Sequence record: SRR2962707_1512
Length of the DNA: 33,215 bases
Direction: 5' to 3' (one strand)
Within the stretch, counting starts at the first letter, position 1. Each line of letters begins with the position of its first letter. The notes under the pieces are model-generated. The model was not told the origin of the DNA, ran no database searches, and saw only the letters and a list, made by a program, of their open reading frames with translations. Positions 9,738-18,487 of the stretch are shown in pieces. A program made the position numbers and the translations under genes.

Positions 9738-10220
9738 ATGAGGCGCATTGGATTTTATCCGTGCTGTGCACGCGATATTCGCGAACCATCAATCGCACTG
9801 ACGGGTTTGATAGATGAGATCATTTTCTGTGACAAAAGTCCGTCTCTTCGTGACGAGCCGTTACTAGGCGATTCCGGCCCGAGTAGGGCATTCTGGAGAA
9901 TGGATATCCGCGATGCTTTGGAGAAGATCTCACACATTGATGTCTTCTTCTATCGTAGAGATGGAACGTCCGAAGGTGGTAGCGGTGTTTTCGTCCTCGG
10001 TCGCGATGTCTTTCCAATGGTGCTGTCAAAAATGACCGCGGAACATTGCCTTGTTGTCACTGATGGCTCGAACTCCAGAGGCGGCACGTTCCGTAAAATG
10101 CAACGGAACTCGGGACTGATCGCCTGCGGCAAGCATATCAAGAAGAGGCCTGAGCAGAGGTTTCAGGCAATGGGTGTTCTCGAATTTGACGTCAAGTCGG
10201 CGGCCACAGGCTCTGAATAA
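9738..10220 (+). CDS. Hypothetical protein with a class I SAM-methyltransferase-like motif order (moron)
   Basis: FYPCCARD, IIFCD, MDIRDAL, IDVFFY and LVVTDG appear in Rossmann MTase order; ATG lies 1 nt after the HEPN stop. Confidence 0.55.
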   Translation: MRRIGFYPCCARDIREPSIALTGLIDEIIFCDKSPSLRDEPLLGDSGPSRAFWRMDIRDALEKISHIDVFFYRRDGTSEGGSGVFVLGRDVFPMVLSKMTAEHCLVVTDGSNSRGGTFRKMQRNSGLIACGKHIKKRPEQRFQAMGVLEFDVKSAATGSE

Positions 10221-10227
10221 CAAGCAC

Positions 10228-10644
10228 ATGTCGATACGCCAATCCATTCTTACCACGCTGCATGCGCGGCTCTCGGCGCTGCCCGCCGCCGCCTTGCGCG
10301 GTGAGGTGCTGCCCGAACGCATTCCGGCTGACGGCCTGCTGATCCTGCGCGACGGCGAGCCGGGGGAGCCCGAGGTCACACTGTCGCCGCTGCGCTACCA
10401 CTACCAGCACCGCGCCGAGATCGAGGCGGTCGTGCAGGGGACCGACCGCGACGCCACGTTCGACACCCTGACCTCCAGCATCGGCGCGGCGATTGCCGCC
10501 GACCGCACGCTGGGCGGCCTCTGCGACTGGGTCGAAGCCGAAGCACCGCGTCCGGTCGATCTGCCGGTCGAGGGCGCGGCCAGCCTCAAGGCGGCCGTGA
10601 TCCCGGTGGTGCTGCATTATTCCACGGCCGATCAACTCTGCTGA
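10228..10644 (+). CDS. Tail terminator-like protein
   Basis: 138 aa directly before the tail tube gene; LILRDGEPGEP and DRTLGGLCDWVE motifs. Confidence 0.75.
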   Translation: MSIRQSILTTLHARLSALPAAALRGEVLPERIPADGLLILRDGEPGEPEVTLSPLRYHYQHRAEIEAVVQGTDRDATFDTLTSSIGAAIAADRTLGGLCDWVEAEAPRPVDLPVEGAASLKAAVIPVVLHYSTADQLC

Positions 10645-10668
10645 CCCCGACAATCCGAGGAGAACACG

Positions 10669-11607
10669 ATGGCACGAGCCCAAGGGGCGCGGGCGCAGAT
10701 GGCGCTTGCGTTCGAGACGAGTTATGGAACGCCGCCCGTGGGTGGGTTCACCAAGATGCCCTTTGCCAGCACTTCGCTGGGGGCTGAACAACCACTCCTG
10801 AACTCCGAACTGCTTGGCTACGGGCGCGATCCGCTGGCGCCGATCAAGGATGCGGTGACGGCCGATGGCGATATTGTCGTGCCGATCGACGCCGAGGCCT
10901 TCGGCTTCTGGCTGAAGGCGACGTTTGGCGATCCGACCACGACCGGGGCAGGCCCCTGGACGCACGCGTTCCAGTCGGGGTCCTGGACGCTGCCCAGCAT
11001 GTCGATAGAGACCGGCATGCCAGAGGTACCGCGCTTTGCGATGTATTCTGGCTGCGTGCTTGACCAGATTACCTGGCAGATGCAGCGCGCGGGGTTGCTG
11101 ACCGCGACGGCCCGGTTGGTGGCGCAGGGCGAGACGGTGGGCACGACCACCAGCGCCGGAACGTTAGCACCGCTTGACCTGAAACGGTTCGGTCATTTTA
11201 ACGGGGCGATCACGCGGAACGGCTCGGCTATTGGCAATGTCGTGTCGGTGGACATCACCTATGCAAACAACCTCGACCGGATCGAAACCATCCGTTCGGA
11301 CGGCCGGATTGACGGGGCAGACCCGTCCATCGCGGCGCTGACCGGCTCGATCGAGGTCCGGTTCGCCGACAGCACGCTGGTCACGCAGGCGTTCAATGGC
11401 GATCCCTGCGAGCTCACGTTCGCCTACGTCCTGCCTTCGGGCGCGAGCTTCACCTTCACTGTGCACGCCGTTTATCTGCCGCGGCCCCGGATTGAGATCT
11501 CTGGTCCACAGGGTGTGCAGGCGACCTTCGACTGGCAGGCCGCGCGCGACAGCGTCGTTGGCCGGATGTGCACCGCATCCCTGATCAACGACATTGAGGT
11601 GTACTAA
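10669..11607 (+). CDS. Tail tube (major tail) protein
   Basis: 312 aa starting MARAQGARAQMALAFET; Gly/Thr-rich beta composition; GAGGAG RBS. Confidence 0.88.
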   Translation: MARAQGARAQMALAFETSYGTPPVGGFTKMPFASTSLGAEQPLLNSELLGYGRDPLAPIKDAVTADGDIVVPIDAEAFGFWLKATFGDPTTTGAGPWTHAFQSGSWTLPSMSIETGMPEVPRFAMYSGCVLDQITWQMQRAGLLTATARLVAQGETVGTTTSAGTLAPLDLKRFGHFNGAITRNGSAIGNVVSVDITYANNLDRIETIRSDGRIDGADPSIAALTGSIEVRFADSTLVTQAFNGDPCELTFAYVLPSGASFTFTVHAVYLPRPRIEISGPQGVQATFDWQAARDSVVGRMCTASLINDIEVY

Positions 11608-12062
11608 TGCTGACGCTCGACCTGACGAACGCGCCGCGCTGGCATGATCTGGCGCCCGGTGTACGTGTGCAACTGCGCCCGCTGACCACCGCACTGATGG
11701 TCGCGACGCGCAGTGACCGCGCTGTGGAGGAAGTGCCCGAGGACGCCTCCGACGAGGAACGGGCATTGGCTTTTGCCAAATCACTGGCGCGGCGGGCGGT
11801 ACTGTCCTGGGAGGGCATCGGTGATGCGGACGGCAATCCCATCGACCCGAGTGATGATGCCATCGACGCGCTCCTCGACATCTGGCCGATCTTCGAGGCG
11901 TTCCAATTGACCTACGTCTCCAAGGGTCTGCTGCTGGAACAGGAAAAAAACGCCTCCGCGCCCTCGCCGAATGGTCCTTCGGCGGGGGCGAGCGATACTG
12001 CGAAGCCTGCCCACCCTACGAGGGCCGCGAGCAAGCCTGCGAAGACTGCCCGGCGCGGCTAA
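11607..12062 (+). CDS. Tail assembly chaperone (lambda G-like)
   Basis: Between tube and tape measure; WEGIGDADGNP motif; contains an EKN slippery site followed by a low-complexity tail. Confidence 0.85.
   Translation: MLTLDLTNAPRWHDLAPGVRVQLRPLTTALMVATRSDRAVEEVPEDASDEERALAFAKSLARRAVLSWEGIGDADGNPIDPSDDAIDALLDIWPIFEAFQLTYVSKGLLLEQEKNASAPSPNGPSAGASDTAKPAHPTRAASKPAKTARRG
11945..11951 (+). promoter_or_regulatory. Programmed -1 frameshift heptamer A_AAA_AAC
   Basis: X_XXY_YYZ heptamer in the correct phase (GAA AAA AAC); the -1 frame is open to TGA at 12287-12289. Confidence 0.85.
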
Positions 12063-12289
12063 ACCGACCGCTCACGTTTGAAGGCTGGCGGATCTGGGAC
12101 CTGGTCGGTCGCCTTGGCGGCCAACTGCGTGTGCTGCCCGGTGCCGTGACCGGCTGGGACCTGTCAGCCGCGTTGGCGCTTGGTGACGCGCTTGGCATCC
12201 CACCAGTCGCGACGGCAGAGCTGCTGCCGATCATCGAAGCGGTGATGGTCGCCAAACTCAACGAACAGATGGAACATTCCCATGGCTGA
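11945..12289 (+). CDS. Tail assembly chaperone T segment (the -1 frame part of a GT fusion)
   Basis: Manual translation KKRLRALAEWSFGGGERYCEACPPYEGREQACEDCPARLNRP...LLPIIEAVMVAKLNEQMEHSHG*; the stop overlaps the tape measure start. Confidence 0.8.
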   Translation, partial: KKRLRALAEWSFGGGERYCEACPPYEGREQACEDCPARLNRPLTFEGWRIWDLVGRLGGQLRVLPGAVTGWDLSAALALGDALGIPPVATAELLPIIEAVMVAKLNEQMEHSHG

Positions 12290-14744
12290 GAAACGCGTCT
12301 CCGTCCGCCTTGCAGCGGTCGGCGGAAGGCAAGTGCGCGCCGAGCTGGAAGGCGTCGGTGAAGCCGGTGCCCGTGGGTTCGGGCGGCTCAGCCGCGAGAT
12401 GGAAGCCGCGAATGCCCGGATGGCGGCGTTCTCACGTCGCGTGAAGGTCGCGGCGGCCGCTGCAGTGGCCGCTGCCACGGCGGCCGGGGTCGCCATGGTG
12501 CGCAATGGGCTGCAGGTGGTCGATGCGCAGGCGAAGCTGGCGCAGTCACTCAGCACCACGGTGGAAAGCATCCAGGTTCTGGAGCGCGCCGCGGAGCTGT
12601 CTGGTGCACGGTTTTCCGAGATCGAGGGAGGTGCCGCGCGCCTGACGCGGCGGCTCTCACTCTTTGCCGAGAATGGAGGCGGTCCGGCGGCCAATGCGAT
12701 CGAGCGGTTGGGCCTCAACGCCGAGGCACTGCTTCGCTTGCCGCTTGATCAGCGGATCGACGCGGTCTCGCAGGCCATTCGCGCCAACGCCTCGGCCTCG
12801 GAGCAGGCGGCACTGTTCAGCCAGATGTTCGGCGACAGAGCCTTTATCGCAATGCAGCGGATGGATACGGCGACGCTTCGCCAGGCGACCGAGGATGTGC
12901 GTGACTTCGGGGTTGTTGTCTCCGAGCAGGATGCCGAACAAATTGAGCGGACAAACGACGCGATCTCCCGGCTTGGCCTGATCTGGCGTGGGCTCTCGAA
13001 CCAACTGGCCGTTGCGGCGGCCCCTGCGCTGGAGGCGGTCGCGAATGCCATGGCCGCTGTCGCGCGAACGACCGGACCGCTGGGCATCGCGATCCAGGGG
13101 TTGTTCGAAAACATCGGGCGTCTGACCACCTATGCTGCGACCTTCGTGGGCCTTCTGGCCGGACGCTGGGTCACAGGTTTGGCGGCTGCCGCGTTGTCGG
13201 TGCGCGGTCTCGCCACGGCGCTGGTCTTCCTGCGTGGCGCGCTGATCCGGACCGGGATCGGAGCGCTGATCGTCGGCGCGGGGGAGCTTGTTTATCAGTT
13301 CGGCAAGCTGGTGAAGGCGACAGGCGGCTTTGCCGAGGCGATGGGCCTGCTGAAGGAGGTCGCAGGGGAAGCCTGGAAGCGGATCTCGCTCAGCGCATCG
13401 GCGTCCTGGGCGCGGATCGAGGCTAGCTGGGCTGCAATGCAGGCGACGATCTATGACGGGCTGCAGGCGACGTCGGATGCGATTGTCCGCTGGGCAAACA
13501 GCACGGTCGGCGCGTTTGTCGGTGCTTATGACGCGGTAAAGGCCACGTGGTCGATGCTGCCCCGGGCGATCGGGGATTTCACCTTCCAGGCTGCAAATGC
13601 CCTGATCGATGGGGTCGAGTCGATGATCAACGGGGTGATTACGCGGATCAACAGCTTCATTACAGCGCTGAATGCCGCGCTGGAGCTGCTTCCGGATTGG
13701 GCGACGGGAGAAGGAGGCATTTCCATCGGCACGATCGGTCCAGTCGATCTGCCCGGTGTCACCAATCCGTTCACCGGCGCGGCTGCCGAGGCAGGCACGG
13801 CGGCGGGCGATGCGTTCCGGGCGGCGGCAGGGGGCGAGTATCTCGATCGGACGGATCGGTTCAGCGGCATGGCCGATGCCGCGCGCGGTCGGGTGGATGG
13901 CTACGGCGAGGCGGCTGTTATGCTGGCGCAAGCCGCACAGGGTCCGATGACCGCGTGGGAGCAGCTCAAGGCGCTGGTGACCGGTGCTGGTACGGCGCTT
14001 GATAACGCGGTCGATCCGGCGGTTCGTCTTGAGGAGACGCTGGACGAGGTTACTGATGCTGCTGATACGGCGGGGGCCGCGGGCAAGAAAGCCGGAGCCG
14101 ATACCAAGGCGGGCGCGGAGGCCGCGCTGACCGGCTGGGCGGCTGTTTCGGCGAAGCTGTCGGACTATGCAAAGGGTGCGATGGAGACCGGCGCGCAAAT
14201 CGGCGATGCGCTGGTCGGTGCCTTCAAGTCCGCCGAGAGCGCCATCGATACATTCGTGAAGACCGGCAAGCTGTCGTTCCGCGATCTGACGACGTCGCTG
14301 ATCGCGGACCTGGCGAAGATCGGCGCGCGGAAGTTCATCCTCGGGCCGTTGTCCAATGCCCTCAGCGGCGCGCTCGGCAATATGGGCGGAATGTTTGCCA
14401 GCATCTTTCACGCGGGCGGTGTGGTCGGCGGTCCAGCGCCGGGACGCATGGTTCCGGCGATGGCATTTGCAAATGCCCCGCGGATGCACAGCGGGGGCAT
14501 GGCTGGCGTCGGGTCCAGTTCCGGTTTTGCGGGCCTTCGCCATGACGAGGTCCCAGCCATCCTGCAACGGGGCGAACGGGTGCTCTCACGACGCGAAGCC
14601 AAGGGGTACGGCGAGGAAAGGGCATCAGCCCCCGTCGTCAACGTCACGATCAACGCGCGAGATGCCGAGAGCTTCCGCCAGAGCCGCACGCAGATCGCGG
14701 CGGATATTTCGCGGGCCGTGGCGATGGGCCGGAGGAATATGTAA
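12282..14744 (+). CDS. Tail tape measure protein
   Basis: 820 aa, Ala/Gly-rich and helical; lambda-type C-terminal FHAGG...EVPAILQRGERVLS. Confidence 0.95.
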   Translation: MAEKRVSVRLAAVGGRQVRAELEGVGEAGARGFGRLSREMEAANARMAAFSRRVKVAAAAAVAAATAAGVAMVRNGLQVVDAQAKLAQSLSTTVESIQVLERAAELSGARFSEIEGGAARLTRRLSLFAENGGGPAANAIERLGLNAEALLRLPLDQRIDAVSQAIRANASASEQAALFSQMFGDRAFIAMQRMDTATLRQATEDVRDFGVVVSEQDAEQIERTNDAISRLGLIWRGLSNQLAVAAAPALEAVANAMAAVARTTGPLGIAIQGLFENIGRLTTYAATFVGLLAGRWVTGLAAAALSVRGLATALVFLRGALIRTGIGALIVGAGELVYQFGKLVKATGGFAEAMGLLKEVAGEAWKRISLSASASWARIEASWAAMQATIYDGLQATSDAIVRWANSTVGAFVGAYDAVKATWSMLPRAIGDFTFQAANALIDGVESMINGVITRINSFITALNAALELLPDWATGEGGISIGTIGPVDLPGVTNPFTGAAAEAGTAAGDAFRAAAGGEYLDRTDRFSGMADAARGRVDGYGEAAVMLAQAAQGPMTAWEQLKALVTGAGTALDNAVDPAVRLEETLDEVTDAADTAGAAGKKAGADTKAGAEAALTGWAAVSAKLSDYAKGAMETGAQIGDALVGAFKSAESAIDTFVKTGKLSFRDLTTSLIADLAKIGARKFILGPLSNALSGALGNMGGMFASIFHAGGVVGGPAPGRMVPAMAFANAPRMHSGGMAGVGSSSGFAGLRHDEVPAILQRGERVLSRREAKGYGEERASAPVVNVTINARDAESFRQSRTQIAADISRAVAMGRRNM

Positions 14745-17731
14745 TGGCGTTTCACGAAGTCCGGTTTCCCGACGATATCAGCCGTGGCGCGCGTGGCGGC
14801 CCGTCCCGGCGCACGCAAATCGTCGAATTGGCGTCTGGCGCCGAAGAACGCAACGCGAGCTGGTCCGACTCCCGTCGGCGCTACGATTGCTCCTATGGCA
14901 TTCGGCGCGCCGATGATCTGGCGGCGGTGGTCGCGTTCTTTGAGGCAAGGAACGGTCGGCTTTACGGGTTCCGGTTTAAGGATTGGGCCGATTACAAATC
15001 CTGCCTTCCTTCGCAGGTGCCGTCTCCCTCGGATCAGGTGATCGGTATCGGTGACGCAGTCCAAACCGAGTTCCAGCTGCAGAAACTGTACACCTCGGGG
15101 CTCCATTCCTGGCCCCGGGCTATCGAGAAGCCGGTGGCGGGCTCGGTCCTGGTCGCGTTCGACAGCGTCGATCAGCCGATCGGCTGGGCTGTCGACGCAA
15201 CCACCGGCATGATCACCTTTGATGTGGCGCCTGCAGTGGGCGTCGCTGTGACAGCCGGGTTCGAGTTCGACGTGCCCGTCCGGTTCGACTCCGACGAGTT
15301 GGATGTAACGCTCAGCCTCGAACGCCTGGGGTCAATCACGTCCATTCCGCTGGTGGAAATCCGCAAGCGGGCCGATGTGGTCGTGGTTCTGCCTCCAGTC
15401 GTTCCTCCCGTTGATCCGCCTGTTGACCCTCCAGTGGAGCCGGAACTGCCGACGTTTCTGTGGGCCGATGTGTTCGCTGACCATCGATCAACACCACCGT
15501 ATTCGGACAACGCGGCCGGGGAGGACTGGACCGGCTGGGGCGATACTGCCTCAAACTCGGCAGAGGTCCCGCTGGAATGGTTCTTGCAGAACGTCCTGCC
15601 GAATGATGCGCCGACCGGAGCTATCGTGGACCTGGACAGCCCCAATGGCGCAATCCACATCAAAGGCCGGATGCAGCCTCCACCAAGGTCGCGCGCAAAA
15701 AACGTCACGCTTGATCTGTCGGGCAACGTGATCGAACGCGGCGAAGGCGACGACTATTGGGGGCAATTCTTCCTCTGGGGCGAGAAGGTGAACGACCCGG
15801 CCATGACGAGCGAGGCGGTGATTGGGGCAGATTCCACCGCGGGCGACACGGTGCTGTATCTGAAGGACCCCGATCCAGATACGGAGGCGCTGTTGTCTGC
15901 CGCTGTGCCAGGGTCAATCATCGAGATCCGGACCAATACCACGCGCAAAAGCTACCATCCGGATGAAAGCCGCACGACCTGCTTCGTGGCGAGCATCAAC
16001 GCAACCGCGAAGACCATCACGGTTCAGGATCCGCTCGAGATCGACGTGCCCAAGGACAACCCGGTGGGCAGCTGGGAGACCTCAGACCCCTCGACGGTCA
16101 CGCTTTTGCAGGGCTCGCTGTTGCAGAACAACGCGGCGGCTGGGTCCAGCACCATTGTCATGGCCAACGCCACGGGGCTCTCGGTTGGCGATTGGCTGGT
16201 GGTCGGCACGGCGGAGCTGCCGGGCTATCAGAACAACCAATTCATGGATTTCCTGGTGGATCCGAACCAGATCGGGCCCGATCTGGATATCACCTATCCG
16301 GCCGATTACGGCGGCACGCTGATTGCGATTAACGAGGAGCTGCACCAGATCGCGGTGATCACCGGCAATACGGTTACGCTGGCGGGCTCGCTGGGCAAGA
16401 ACAAGCTGGTGGCTTGGCAGGCCTTCGCCTTCAAGGTCGATCCGATCGAGGGGTTCACGCTGATCGGCGGCAGCTTCGTCGGTGCAAAGGCCCATGGCAG
16501 TGCGGCGGCCTGGGATCACCAGTACATCTGGTGTCGCTTCATGGTGGGCAGCACGATCCGCGATTGCGTGTTCGACACAGATCCAGCCAAGACGACCAAC
16601 CTTCGGCGCACCGGTCAGGCGGTCCGGTTCGACACCGGCGACGGCAATGTGATGGATAATCTGACCATCGGTCGCCCAGGCTCGATCTCCGCTGGTGAGG
16701 GCTACGGCGTGTCGTTCCGCAAGGGCGAGCGCAATTCGGTCATCCGCAACAGCTATCTCGAAGGCTGCCGTCACTCGATTGAGTTCTGGTCAAGCTCGGG
16801 TGGATGTGTTGCTGAGGACAATCACTGCGCGCACGACACATCGTCGTCGATCGACACCCACGGCAATTGGAATACCGGGATCATCATCCGCCGAAACCTG
16901 GTTACCCGGGATCGGACCAGCGCGGCTGTCTCGCCGGACCTGGATCTCAATGAGGCGACCGACGCGATCCGGATCGGCAACAACAAGTTCATATTCGACG
17001 AAAATATTCAGGTCCTGGACAACCAGGTGATCGGCTACGATGGAAATGCGTTGTCGATCGTTCCCGGGTGCTGGGATGTGACCGTGGACGGGCTGACCAT
17101 CGACGGGTGCTGGCGCATTCTGAACATGAAGCAGAATTCGCGTCACAGCGATCTCTTTATGCGCGACATCGTGATCCGCAACGTCAACGCCATCAACATC
17201 AAGGACCGCTGGCTGGACATCCGGCACAACAGCCATGCGGGCAGTCGCATGCAGGCGACGGGTCTGCTGCTGAAGGATTGGACCATAGGCGCCACGGGGC
17301 CGACGGGGCTTCCCGCCAGCCCTGCTCCAAGTTCCGAGGTGACAGGCATGTATTTCCTGCATGTCGATGGCCTGACGCTGGAGAACTGGACGGTCACGAA
17401 CGCGAACCTGACCAATGACAACTGGCTCATGGTCTTCGACGAGATCAACGATGTGACCCTGACCAATGTCTCAATCGCCTGCTTGCCTTCGGGCGAAGCC
17501 GACAAGGGCATCAATTTCAACAATGCCACAAACGTCCGAGGCGGCGTCACGCTGACCGGCCTTCTGCCACCCCAGGGCGGGGGTGATCCGTTCCTCATGT
17601 ATTTCAACGACGGCACTGGCGTGGCGTCCACGACGGACGGTGCGTTCACGATCACCCATGATCTGGGCGCGTCGCCGAAGGTTCTGGGCGGGCCGCCAGC
17701 GGGCTTCGCGCTCAACCTGGTGCAGGTCTGA
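14744..17731 (+). CDS. Distal tail protein (DUF2460/TIGR02217, RcGTA g12-like) fused to a ~780 aa extension with a parallel beta-helix
   Basis: The first ~208 aa (MAFHEVRFP...FDVPVRFD...SIPLVEIR) match the GTA Dit family. A Pro-rich linker follows, then Asn/Ile/Gly/Asp-rich repeats (GYGVSF, GCRHSI, IDTHG, IIIRRNLV). Confidence 0.85.
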   Translation: MAFHEVRFPDDISRGARGGPSRRTQIVELASGAEERNASWSDSRRRYDCSYGIRRADDLAAVVAFFEARNGRLYGFRFKDWADYKSCLPSQVPSPSDQVIGIGDAVQTEFQLQKLYTSGLHSWPRAIEKPVAGSVLVAFDSVDQPIGWAVDATTGMITFDVAPAVGVAVTAGFEFDVPVRFDSDELDVTLSLERLGSITSIPLVEIRKRADVVVVLPPVVPPVDPPVDPPVEPELPTFLWADVFADHRSTPPYSDNAAGEDWTGWGDTASNSAEVPLEWFLQNVLPNDAPTGAIVDLDSPNGAIHIKGRMQPPPRSRAKNVTLDLSGNVIERGEGDDYWGQFFLWGEKVNDPAMTSEAVIGADSTAGDTVLYLKDPDPDTEALLSAAVPGSIIEIRTNTTRKSYHPDESRTTCFVASINATAKTITVQDPLEIDVPKDNPVGSWETSDPSTVTLLQGSLLQNNAAAGSSTIVMANATGLSVGDWLVVGTAELPGYQNNQFMDFLVDPNQIGPDLDITYPADYGGTLIAINEELHQIAVITGNTVTLAGSLGKNKLVAWQAFAFKVDPIEGFTLIGGSFVGAKAHGSAAAWDHQYIWCRFMVGSTIRDCVFDTDPAKTTNLRRTGQAVRFDTGDGNVMDNLTIGRPGSISAGEGYGVSFRKGERNSVIRNSYLEGCRHSIEFWSSSGGCVAEDNHCAHDTSSSIDTHGNWNTGIIIRRNLVTRDRTSAAVSPDLDLNEATDAIRIGNNKFIFDENIQVLDNQVIGYDGNALSIVPGCWDVTVDGLTIDGCWRILNMKQNSRHSDLFMRDIVIRNVNAINIKDRWLDIRHNSHAGSRMQATGLLLKDWTIGATGPTGLPASPAPSSEVTGMYFLHVDGLTLENWTVTNANLTNDNWLMVFDEINDVTLTNVSIACLPSGEADKGINFNNATNVRGGVTLTGLLPPQGGGDPFLMYFNDGTGVASTTDGAFTITHDLGASPKVLGGPPAGFALNLVQV
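15392..15439 (+). repeat. Four degenerate 12-bp tandem units encoding PPVV-PPVD-PPVD-PPVE
   Basis: CCTCCAGTCGTT CCTCCCGTTGAT CCGCCTGTTGAC CCTCCAGTGGAG. Confidence 0.85.
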
Positions 17732-17766
17732 CGCCGCCCGCTCCGTTCAGCCGATAGAGGACTGTC

Positions 17767-17970
17767 ATGACACTTGAGGAAGAGCAGCGCTGGCGCGAGC
17801 GCGGCGCGGAATTCGGCCGCCTGCAGGCGGGCCTTCAGGACGCGCTGCGGCGGCTGGAGCGCACTGAGATGAAGCTGGAGAAGCTCATCTGGTGGATTAT
17901 GATTACCAGTGTTGGAGCGGCGATGGGCGCGGCGAGCTATGTCGTTCGCCTTATCTCGGAGGGCTTGTGA
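17767..17970 (+). CDS. Small coiled-coil protein with a C-terminal TM helix (XhlA/holin-like)
   Basis: 67 aa; heptad region then LIWWIMITSVGAAMGAASYVV; GAGGA RBS. Confidence 0.6.
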   Translation: MTLEEEQRWRERGAEFGRLQAGLQDALRRLERTEMKLEKLIWWIMITSVGAAMGAASYVVRLISEGL

Positions 17971-18440
17971 TGCAGATCCTGACTCCAACCATGATTGCCG
18001 CCGGTGCGGTAAGTGCTGTGATTGGCTATTCCCTACCGGACCTCCAGCGCGTGTTAGACCCGCCGCCGATCCGGGTGCACAGCCTCTCGGTCTCGTCGGG
18101 GATTTGCGAGTGGCAAACGGAAATGTTCAACGGCTGCGTCGTGCAGGAGCGGACCGTCCATGCGAGCGGCGAGTTCTTTTTCGCGGCCTGGAATGCGGCG
18201 GTTCTGTTCGACGACACGCGGCGTCCGGTTCCGGGCTGCGCTGGCGACGGCGCCTGGCAGTATCGGGTGGGCTCATCCGCTGCGGAAATCCCATTGCCCA
18301 TCTGGGTCGGCAGCGAAATCTGCACCTTTGAAAAGCTGCGCGCCACCTACGGCGATCGAGAATTCCGGCTCCTGGCCTCGTGGCATTGGGGCTCGGACCA
18401 AAGCACGCACCTCAGCCCGGCGTTCATGCTGACTGAGTGA
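17970..18440 (+). CDS. Hypothetical protein with an N-terminal hydrophobic anchor and a Cys/Trp-containing domain
   Basis: TGATG coupling to the previous gene; MQILTPTMIAAGAVSAVIGYSL N-terminus; four Cys residues. Confidence 0.65.
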   Translation: MQILTPTMIAAGAVSAVIGYSLPDLQRVLDPPPIRVHSLSVSSGICEWQTEMFNGCVVQERTVHASGEFFFAAWNAAVLFDDTRRPVPGCAGDGAWQYRVGSSAAEIPLPIWVGSEICTFEKLRATYGDREFRLLASWHWGSDQSTHLSPAFMLTE

Positions 18441-18446
18441 TCCCTA

Positions 18447-18467
18447 GCCCCGGGCGCGGGGCCTTTT
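18447..18467 (+). terminator. Weak intrinsic terminator-like hairpin before the endolysin
   Basis: GCCCCG-GGCG-CGGGGC followed by CTTTT. Confidence 0.4.
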
Positions 18468-18487
18468 CTGCAATGTTGGAGGACTTC

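Noticed and set aside
10228-10644. Metabolic 'acyl-CoA transferase' label that I recall being attached to this family
   Set aside because: Too short and lacking enzyme motifs; synteny indicates a tail terminator.
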